A stretch of DNA of 64,000 bases from Candidatus Paceibacter sp. GTDB taxonomy: Bacteria > Patescibacteriota > Minisyncoccia > UBA6257 > JAGOQP01. Both the position numbers and the translations under genes were made by a program. Positions 56,451-64,000 of the stretch are shown here, piece after piece. The stretch lies in NCBI GenBank assembly GCA_020724905.1, contig DYGB01000001.1:1866-65865 (forward strand). The letters run 5' to 3'. Within the stretch, counting starts at the first letter, position 1. Every line of letters starts with the position of its first letter. The notes beneath the pieces are model-generated. The model had not been told where the DNA came from. It made no database searches and was given only the letters and a program-made list of their open reading frames with translations.

Positions 56451-56855
56451 TTACTCTAAAATATCCTGTAATGTCTTTTCTAAATCCTCATTTGTTACCT
56501 CAGAAGCACTCTTTGTAGGGGTCGTCTCGCTAGAAAATGACCGCTCCTCTCGTTCCTGTCTTTGTACAGGAGCTGGATTACTCACAACAAGTGTTCGAAG
56601 AACAGATTCTTTTTCAAGCTCTGTTTGACGAAGTATCTTTGGAACAGCTGTACTCTGAGCAGAAAAATGAATAAAACCAAATAATGCACTTGTCTGTTTC
56701 TCGATAGGATAAGCTAAAGACATCTGCTTAAGAGGAGATTCATATAAAATCTCTGCCTCTTGTTCTGCAAGAAGACGCTTAATAAATGAAAGCCCCTCTT
56801 CATTTCGAAGAAGAAACCCTATCTCATATGTAGTTGTATCTTTTATTTCTTCCAT
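56451..56855 (-). CDS. rpsF: 30S ribosomal protein S6
   Basis: YEIGFLL; LAYPIEK; VLR; rpsF-ssb-rpsR order. Confidence 0.88.
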   Translation of the reverse strand: MEEIKDTTTYEIGFLLRNEEGLSFIKRLLAEQEAEILYESPLKQMSLAYPIEKQTSALFGFIHFSAQSTAVPKILRQTELEKESVLRTLVVSNPAPVQRQEREERSFSSETTPTKSASEVTNEDLEKTLQDILE

Positions 56856-56900
56856 AAATATACTCAAGCAAACTACCACACCTCTTCTAAAAACACAATA

Positions 56901-59900
56901 CTATTCCTCAGTTTCCTCACTTCTCTTCCCTGCCTTCATCTCTTGATGTATTTTGAGCCCCGTTCCTGCAGGAATAAACCGTCCAATGATAACATTTTCC
57001 TTAAGGCCACGAAGGTGATCAACACGACATTCTGTTGCTGCATTCACCAATACACGAGCTGTTTCTTGGAATGATGCTGCTGAAAGGAAACTTTCTGTAG
57101 AAAGCGATACACGACTGATACCAAGGAGTAACTGCTTTGCCTTCGCAGGAGTCTTTCCTTTTGTACGAAGTTTTCGATTTACTTCCTGAAGTTGTGACTT
57201 TTCAACTGTCTGTCCAACAACAAAGTTACTATCTCCAGGTTCTTTAATCATAACTCGAGAAAACATCTGTTTTGCAATGATTTCAATATGCTTGTCACTG
57301 ATGATACTTCCGTTTGAAACGTAAATCTTTTGAACTTCGTTAATAACATACTTCTCAACAGCTTCTTTTCCTTTCAATTGGAAGAGTTCCTTAAGATCAA
57401 GACTTCCTTCATAGAGCTGTTGTCCCTTTTCAATAACATCTCCTTCTTTTACATAGATAGAAACGTTTCGAGGAACTGGGTATTCAGAAACATCCTTCTT
57501 GCTTCCTTTCTTTCCTGCTTTCTTTCCTGTTTCACGAAGTGTGATAACACGAATACCTTTCTTGTCTTCAATACTCTCAACAACACTCTCTTCTTTTGAA
57601 AGTGCAGCTTTTCCTTTTGGAGGACGTGCCTCAAAAATTTCTTCAATACGAGGAAGCCCTGAGGTAATGTCTTTTTCAGCAACACCTCCACTGTGAAAGG
57701 TTCGCAGGGTAAGCTGTGTTCCTGGCTCTCCAATAGACTGAGCAGCCACGATACCAACAGCCTCACCCCTCTCAATTGGAGCTAATCGTCCAAGATCAAG
57801 TCCGTAACACTTTGAACACACTCCATATAATGACTTACAGGTTAATGGAGAACGAACCATAACCTCACTCACATCAGCTGTATCAATCTTTTCTGAAAGA
57901 TCTCGATCAACAATATCACCAGATCGAGCAACAACCTTTCGTCCATCTTTTACATCTTGAGCAAGTGTACGTCCAAAAAGACGTGTTCCAAAATTAAATC
58001 CATATTCATTCCCTACCGATCGCTCAACAAGAACTCCTTCGGTAGTACGACAATCTTCTTTGTTAATGGTCATTGATTGACATACATCAACCATACGACG
58101 AGTAAGGTATCCAGCTGATGCCGTTTTAAGAGCAGTATCGGTAAGTCCTTTTCGAGCACCATGGGTTCCGATAAAGAACTCAAGCACAGAAAGTCCCTCC
58201 TTGTATGAAGAAATAACAGGAAGCTCAATTGTATCTCCCTGGGGATTGTTAACAAGCCCCTTCATTCCCGTCATCTGAATTGCCTGAGACCATGATCCTC
58301 GAGCTCCTGACTGAATAATATCAAAAATAGGATTTGTCTTATCTTTACTCAAGGTAGCAGGGACAACATCAGATACTTGTTTCTTAGCCTTGTCCCAAAT
58401 ACGAATAATTTGAATTTTCTTTTCTTCTTCATCAAAGTATCCATCTTCATACTGTTCATGTACCTTTTCGACCGCTTTTCGTGCAGCTTCAATAATTGCT
58501 TTCTTTTCTTTTGGAATATCAAGGTCAAAGATACTCCAGGTAATTCCTGAAAGAGCAGCCCATTCAAATCCAAGTCGTTTTACGTTATCAAGAAATATCC
58601 ATGTGCGTTCTATACCAAAGATATCAATATGACGAGAAACAAGTTTCTGAAGATTCTTCTTGTCCATCTCTTCATTAATGTATCCAAACTCTTTAGGTAA
58701 GATAGTATTGAAGATAATTCTCCCACATGATGTTACTTCATCAGTTATTGACCCTACGCGAATTGGTTCATTCACCTTAATCTGTCTAAATTCAAATGCG
58801 ATAAGGACCTCATCAACATCACTGAAGTTTCGAAGTGCCTTCTCATCCTTAAGCGCCTCTTCAAGATGAGGAATCTTGGTAAGGTAGTATGCTCCAAGCA
58901 CAATATCCTGAGATGGTGTTGCAATAGGATCACCATTTGAAGGACGAATAATATTCAATGAAGAAAGCATACGTGTCTTTGCTTCATGTTGTGCATCATC
59001 AGAAAGTGGAAGATGGACCGCCATCTGATCACCATCAAAGTCAGCGTTAAACGCACTACATACCATTGGAGGAATACGGAGCGCAAGATCTTCAATAAGG
59101 ACAGGATAAAATGCCTGCACACCAAGCCTGTGAAGCGTAGGAGCACGGTTCAATAGAACTGTTTTGTCCTGAATAACTTCTTCTAAAATCTCCCATACCT
59201 CAGGAATACCCTGTTCAATAAGACGATTTGCATTCTTGATATTGTGAGCCATTCCTCGCTCAAGAATCTGATTAATAACAAATGGTTTAAACAACTCAAG
59301 AGCCATCTTCTTTGGAATACCACACTGGTTTAAACGAAGTTCAGGACCAACAACGATAACTGAACGTCCAGAATAATCAACACGTTTCCCCAATAGGTTC
59401 TGACGGAATCGTCCCTGTTTCCCCTTCAAAATATCTGCAAGAGATTTCAATGGTCGATTCTGAGCTGACATCTGTTGTCGTCCAAATCGAGCACTGTTAT
59501 CAATTAACGCATCAACAGCTTCCTGAAGCATACGCTTCTCGTTGGTGATAATAATCTCAGGAGCATGCAAGTCCATCAACTTCTTAAGACGATTATTTCT
59601 GTTAATAACTCGTCGATACAAATCATTCAAATCAGAACTCGCGAATCGGTTTCCATCAAGTGCAACCATAGGACGAAGATCTGGAGGAAGTACAGGAATA
59701 ACAGTTAAAATCATCCATTCAGGACGAATATTATTTTTCAAAAATGTCTTTAACACTCGAAGACGAGCTCCTAGTTTTTTCTCTGCAATAGAATCTTTTC
59801 TTTTCTTCAATGCATCAATCTTCTTTTCAGTATCGGTAATCTCTTTTTTAAGATTGAGATTCTCAAGAATATTTCGAAGTGCCTCTGCACCAGAACCAGC

Positions 59901-60518
59901 TTGAAATACATCACCAAATCGACGAGACAAATCAAAGTATTCAGCTTCTCCAAGCACCATACCAATATGAAGATCCTGGAGAAATTGTCGTGTACGAGAA
60001 TATACAGTCTCAAGTTCAGCAAGCATCTCTTCGTCAGCTAACTGTTTCTTCTTATCATTGTATTCAGCTTTTAGATTCTCCAATGCAGCACTGCGATTAT
60101 CCTCATCAACATGGCTCACCATGTAGGCAGCATAGTAAACAACTTTTTCTATCTTGCTAATAGGAGCATCAAAGAAGAGTCCCAAACGTGACGTTCCAGT
60201 TTTTAAGAACCAAATGTGAGTAACAGGAGTTGCAAGACTGATATGTCCCATACGTTCACGACGAACAATGGCACGAGTTACCTCAACACCACACTTATCA
60301 CAGATAGTTCCTTTATATCGAATACCCTTAAACTTTCCACAGTAACAACGATAATCTTTTGTAGGACCAAAAATACGTTCAGAGAACAATCCATCTTTCT
60401 CAGCACGTTGGGTACGGTAGTTTATTGTTTCAGGCTTGGTTACCTCTCCATATGAAGATGTTAACACTTCTTCAGGTGAAGGAATTTTAAGCCGTAAAAA
60501 ATCAAAATCAAATGCCAT
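56901..60518 (-). CDS. rpoC: RNA polymerase subunit beta'
   Basis: KPETINYRT; GRFRQNLLGKRVDYSGR; NADFDGD; AQSIGEPGTQL; GLKENVI. Confidence 0.98.
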   Translation of the reverse strand: MAFDFDFLRLKIPSPEEVLTSSYGEVTKPETINYRTQRAEKDGLFSERIFGPTKDYRCYCGKFKGIRYKGTICDKCGVEVTRAIVRRERMGHISLATPVTHIWFLKTGTSRLGLFFDAPISKIEKVVYYAAYMVSHVDEDNRSAALENLKAEYNDKKKQLADEEMLAELETVYSRTRQFLQDLHIGMVLGEAEYFDLSRRFGDVFQAGSGAEALRNILENLNLKKEITDTEKKIDALKKRKDSIAEKKLGARLRVLKTFLKNNIRPEWMILTVIPVLPPDLRPMVALDGNRFASSDLNDLYRRVINRNNRLKKLMDLHAPEIIITNEKRMLQEAVDALIDNSARFGRQQMSAQNRPLKSLADILKGKQGRFRQNLLGKRVDYSGRSVIVVGPELRLNQCGIPKKMALELFKPFVINQILERGMAHNIKNANRLIEQGIPEVWEILEEVIQDKTVLLNRAPTLHRLGVQAFYPVLIEDLALRIPPMVCSAFNADFDGDQMAVHLPLSDDAQHEAKTRMLSSLNIIRPSNGDPIATPSQDIVLGAYYLTKIPHLEEALKDEKALRNFSDVDEVLIAFEFRQIKVNEPIRVGSITDEVTSCGRIIFNTILPKEFGYINEEMDKKNLQKLVSRHIDIFGIERTWIFLDNVKRLGFEWAALSGITWSIFDLDIPKEKKAIIEAARKAVEKVHEQYEDGYFDEEEKKIQIIRIWDKAKKQVSDVVPATLSKDKTNPIFDIIQSGARGSWSQAIQMTGMKGLVNNPQGDTIELPVISSYKEGLSVLEFFIGTHGARKGLTDTALKTASAGYLTRRMVDVCQSMTINKEDCRTTEGVLVERSVGNEYGFNFGTRLFGRTLAQDVKDGRKVVARSGDIVDRDLSEKIDTADVSEVMVRSPLTCKSLYGVCSKCYGLDLGRLAPIERGEAVGIVAAQSIGEPGTQLTLRTFHSGGVAEKDITSGLPRIEEIFEARPPKGKAALSKEESVVESIEDKKGIRVITLRETGKKAGKKGSKKDVSEYPVPRNVSIYVKEGDVIEKGQQLYEGSLDLKELFQLKGKEAVEKYVINEVQKIYVSNGSIISDKHIEIIAKQMFSRVMIKEPGDSNFVVGQTVEKSQLQEVNRKLRTKGKTPAKAKQLLLGISRVSLSTESFLSAASFQETARVLVNAATECRVDHLRGLKENVIIGRFIPAGTGLKIHQEMKAGKRSEETEE

Positions 60519-60532
60519 ATATCACAATTTAA

Positions 60533-63500
60533 TTACATCTCATCCTCAGACAAATCTTCTTCATGAATAGGATCCATCTTAAGTCCGAGGGCGTTAATTT
60601 CATTCGTCAACACATTAAAGGCTGACGGATTGTTCGACGTTTTAATAGTTTCTCCTTTCACAATCGCTTCAAATACTGATGCTCGTCCAAGGACATCGTC
60701 GGATTTTACCGTGAGCATTTCCTGCAATGTATGCGCAGCACCATATCCTTCCAATGCCCACACCTCCATTTCTCCAAATCTCTGTCCACCAAATTGAGCT
60801 TTTCCTCCAAGTGGCTGTTGTGTTACCAGTGAGTATGGTCCAATAGAACGCATGTGAATCTTATCCTCAACAAGGTGAGACAATTTCAACATATAAATAT
60901 ATCCAACTGTTGCATCCTGCCCTAGCTGTTTTCCTGTTCGTCCATCATAGACTGTCAATTTTCCATTATCGTTATACCCAGCTTTCTGTAATTCTCTTTT
61001 AATGTCATCTTCTTTTGCTCCGGTAAAGACAGGAGTAACCGCACGATACCCTTGCTTAAGAGCAGCAAGGCCCAAATGCGTTTCAAGAATCTGCCCTAAG
61101 TTCATACGAGACGCAACACCAAGTGGATTTAACACAATATCAACTGGAGTTCCATCTTCAAGGTATGGCATGTCTTCAACAGGACGAATCTGTGAGATAA
61201 CACCCTTGTTTCCATGTCGTCCTGCAAGCTTGTCACCCGCACGAACACGTCGCAATTGAGCAACTTCAATTTGTATACGTTTAATAACACCTGGTTCAAG
61301 CTTGTCACCTCGTTCACGAGAAAATATTTTAATACCAACAACCCGTCCCCATTTTCCATGAGAGAGATAAAGAGACGTATCTTTCACATCACGAGCTTTT
61401 TCTCCAAAAATAGAACGAAGTAGTTTTTCCTCAGCAGTTAATTCAGTTTCTCCTTTTGGAGAAATCTTTCCTACCAATATATCTCCAGAACGAACTTCAG
61501 CACCAATACGGATAATACCCTCTTCATCAAGGTTACGAAGTTTCTCTTCAGAGACGTTTGGAATATCAGATGTTGTTACCTCAGGTCCTAATTTTGTATC
61601 ACGAACATCACACACAAAGTCTTCTATGTGAACTGATGTAAATCGATCTTCTTGAGCCACTCTCTCAGAAAGCACAATAGCGTCTTCAAAGTTTCCTCCA
61701 AAGAATGGAATAAAGGCAACAAGAAGGTTTTGACCAAGAGCCAACACTCCATGATCAGTAGAAGGTCCATCAACAAGAACATCTCCCTTCTTCACTTTCT
61801 GTCCTACATTTACTAATACTTTTTGGTTAATAGCTGAATACTGGTTTGATCGTTTAAACTTACTCAAACGATATGTTTTTGATCCAAGTTTCTTGTATGA
61901 AAGAGTAATTGAGTTTGCGTCAGCTTTCTTCACCTCCCCTGCATCTTCAGCCACGATAACACGTCCAGAATCACGAGCAACATATTCTTCATTTCCAGTA
62001 CCAACAAGTGGCATCTGTGGGTTAATAGAGGGAACAGCCTGACGTTGCATGTTTGATCCCATAAGTGCACGGTTTGCATCATCGTGTTCAAGAAATGGAA
62101 TCAAGCTTGTTGCACTACTGATAACCTGCACAGGAGATACATCGATAAGGTTCACGTCTTTTCGAGAACAGAGTCCAGGTTCTCCATTAATACGAGCTTC
62201 AATAATATCATCAAGCAATCTTCCTTTCTCATCGAAGTTAACTCCTCCTTCTGCAATATTGTGTTTCACCTCTTCAGCAGCATCCATCCATACAATCTCA
62301 CTTGTGACCACACCGTTTTTCACACGTGCATAGGGGGTCTCTAAGAATCCAAGTTCATTAACTCGAGCAAATGTCGCTAAATGGTTAATAAGACCAATGT
62401 TTGGTCCTTCTGGAGTTTCAATAGGACAAATACGTCCATAGTGAGATGCGTGAACATCTCGCACTTCAAACCCTGCTCTTTCTCGAGTAAGTCCCCCCGG
62501 ACCCATCGCAGAAAGACGTCGTTTATGTTCTAGTTCTGCAAGAGGATTTACCTGATCCATGAACTGAGACAACTGAGATGATACCAAAAATTCTCTCACT
62601 ACAGATGAAAGTGGTTTTGGATTAATTAAATGAACAGGAGTCAATAATTCTGGCTCTGTTGTTGACATACGATCCTGTACAATACGACGAATACGAGCAA
62701 ATCCAACACGCATACGATTCTGCAAAAGCTCTCCAACAGAACGGACTCGTCGATTTGAAAGACTATCAATATCATCAGCTCGTCCATGAGGATCATTATT
62801 CAAACGAATAACTTCTTTTATAATCTCAACGAGATCTTCTTTTCGAAGTAGATGTGTATCAACTGAATCACTAATACCAAGTCGTTTATTTAACTTGTAT
62901 CGTCCTACATCAGAAAGACTAAATCGATCTTTCCTTTGAAACATCCCATCGATAAGACTTTTAGCATTCTCAACACTTGCCAAATCTCCTGGGCGAAGTC
63001 GCTTATATATCTCAATATATGACTCATCCACGCTATGAGCGCCATCTTTTTTAAGTGTTGTTTCAATGTGTTGTATCTCCCCCGTATCAACATCAGCAAA
63101 TGCTGCGCGAATCTCATCATCGCTCTTAAATCCAAACACTCGCAACACATCACTTACCGCTACTTTTCTATGTTTATCGATCTTTACCCCGATAAATCCA
63201 TCATTTTCAGTCTCAATTTCCATCCAACTCCCTCGATCAGGAATAATCTTTGCTCCAAACTGTCTTTTTCCTTTTAATATTCGTGAGGTAAAGTTAACCC
63301 CTGAAGAACGAATAAACTGTGATACCACAACTCTCTCAACACCGTTGATAATAAATGTTCCCCGATCAGTCATGATAGGATACTCACCAAGATACACTTC
63401 TTGTTCTACTTCTTTCTTTGTCTTAAGGTGAACCAATCGTACCTTCGCTCGCAACGATGCCTCATAGGTAGCATCACGCTCCCATGATTCTTCCTCGCTA

Positions 63501-63709
63501 AATTTAGGCTCATCAAATGAATGTCCTAGAAAATATAATTCAAATTCTTCTCCTGTATAATCAGAAATAGGAGAGATCTCTTTGAAGAGATCTTTAATTC
63601 CTTTTTGCACAAACCATCTCCATGACTGAAGCTGGATCTCAGCTAAAAATGGTCGAGGGGTAAGGTCCCCTGAATGTTTTGAAAACGAACGAACCTCAAG
63701 TGTATGCAT
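60533..63709 (-). CDS. rpoB: RNA polymerase subunit beta
   Basis: GTFIINGVERV; SQFMDQ; ETPEGPNIG; GDKLAGRHGNKG; GGQRFGEMEVWA. Start ATG 63709. Confidence 0.98.
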   Translation of the reverse strand: MHTLEVRSFSKHSGDLTPRPFLAEIQLQSWRWFVQKGIKDLFKEISPISDYTGEEFELYFLGHSFDEPKFSEEESWERDATYEASLRAKVRLVHLKTKKEVEQEVYLGEYPIMTDRGTFIINGVERVVVSQFIRSSGVNFTSRILKGKRQFGAKIIPDRGSWMEIETENDGFIGVKIDKHRKVAVSDVLRVFGFKSDDEIRAAFADVDTGEIQHIETTLKKDGAHSVDESYIEIYKRLRPGDLASVENAKSLIDGMFQRKDRFSLSDVGRYKLNKRLGISDSVDTHLLRKEDLVEIIKEVIRLNNDPHGRADDIDSLSNRRVRSVGELLQNRMRVGFARIRRIVQDRMSTTEPELLTPVHLINPKPLSSVVREFLVSSQLSQFMDQVNPLAELEHKRRLSAMGPGGLTRERAGFEVRDVHASHYGRICPIETPEGPNIGLINHLATFARVNELGFLETPYARVKNGVVTSEIVWMDAAEEVKHNIAEGGVNFDEKGRLLDDIIEARINGEPGLCSRKDVNLIDVSPVQVISSATSLIPFLEHDDANRALMGSNMQRQAVPSINPQMPLVGTGNEEYVARDSGRVIVAEDAGEVKKADANSITLSYKKLGSKTYRLSKFKRSNQYSAINQKVLVNVGQKVKKGDVLVDGPSTDHGVLALGQNLLVAFIPFFGGNFEDAIVLSERVAQEDRFTSVHIEDFVCDVRDTKLGPEVTTSDIPNVSEEKLRNLDEEGIIRIGAEVRSGDILVGKISPKGETELTAEEKLLRSIFGEKARDVKDTSLYLSHGKWGRVVGIKIFSRERGDKLEPGVIKRIQIEVAQLRRVRAGDKLAGRHGNKGVISQIRPVEDMPYLEDGTPVDIVLNPLGVASRMNLGQILETHLGLAALKQGYRAVTPVFTGAKEDDIKRELQKAGYNDNGKLTVYDGRTGKQLGQDATVGYIYMLKLSHLVEDKIHMRSIGPYSLVTQQPLGGKAQFGGQRFGEMEVWALEGYGAAHTLQEMLTVKSDDVLGRASVFEAIVKGETIKTSNNPSAFNVLTNEINALGLKMDPIHEEDLSEDEM

Positions 63710-63877
63710 AAATATAGGGATGTTAGTGTAACACAAACAAAAAAAGGCCCACTCCTTGCGGAGGTTTCTTTATGTGTTGTAATTAGTTATATACTTGCTT
63801 CGCTACGCACAATAGTAGTAGTGAATGCTCTGATTTATAAAACCTAAGTCTCAGAGTTACATGTGATGAAAAAAAAG

Positions 63878-64000
63878 TCAAGAGCGTTCTCGTATGTTCT
63901 GAACATCAGCAAAGACTGCACCAACAAACCCTACAAGAATCATTCCCCCAACAGCCCACCACAATACAGAGACTGGGACGATAAGTAACGACTCATGAAC
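63878..64000 (-). CDS. C-terminal fragment of a membrane protein (runs off the window)
   Basis: Open frame VHESLLIVPVSVLWWAVGGMILVGFVGAVFADVQNIRERS*. Confidence 0.5.
   Translation of the reverse strand, partial: VHESLLIVPVSVLWWAVGGMILVGFVGAVFADVQNIRERS

Noticed and set aside
396-63431. Numerous 60-190 aa ORFs nested in or antisense to housekeeping genes
   Set aside because: They are shadow frames with no recognisable motifs or initiation signals.
1-64000. Alternative genetic code (UGA=Gly, as in Gracilibacteria/Absconditabacteria)
   Set aside because: Conserved genes are full length under code 11 and several end in TGA, including ATGA overlaps.
1-64000. CRISPR array, rRNA, prophage, retroelement or inteins
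   Set aside because: No regularly spaced repeats, rRNA motifs, phage structural genes, reverse transcriptase or intein signatures were noticed by eye.

Overview
Core chromosomal segment of a small-genome bacterium, most likely Patescibacteria/CPR (Parcubacteria-like). The taxonomy is inferred from gene content, compact proteins and overlapping genes, not from a marker search. Genetic code 11 applies (TGA is used as stop). Most genes are on the minus strand, which is G/T-rich. Contents: rpoBC, ribosomal protein and translation genes, four remodelled aminoacyl-tRNA synthetases (AspRS, PheRS, IleRS, ValRS), a pentose-phosphate/lower-glycolysis cluster, competence genes (split comEC, dprA, PilO-like), secDF, parAB, four tRNAs, tmRNA, a probable short 6S RNA and one complete IS481-like element. 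Most notable: (1) a 5'-truncated polymorphic-toxin-like protein ending in an FCB-type T9SS C-terminal sorting domain; (2) a monomeric, mitochondrial-type PheRS; (3) an IleRS2 with a GIHH signature and an intact histidine-phosphatase domain inserted in it, abutting a glycerate kinase; (4) an IS inserted exactly in the valS stop codon, whose end supplies a new stop; (5) all five tRNA/tmRNA genes end in N73-C-A rather than CCA; (6) widespread -10-box-then-ATG (leaderless-like) starts, whereas orphan ORFs, including an uncalled 45-aa basic peptide, carry strong Shine-Dalgarno sites; (7) EF-P with an MQQR tip. All family calls are motif recognition by eye; no database searches were run.
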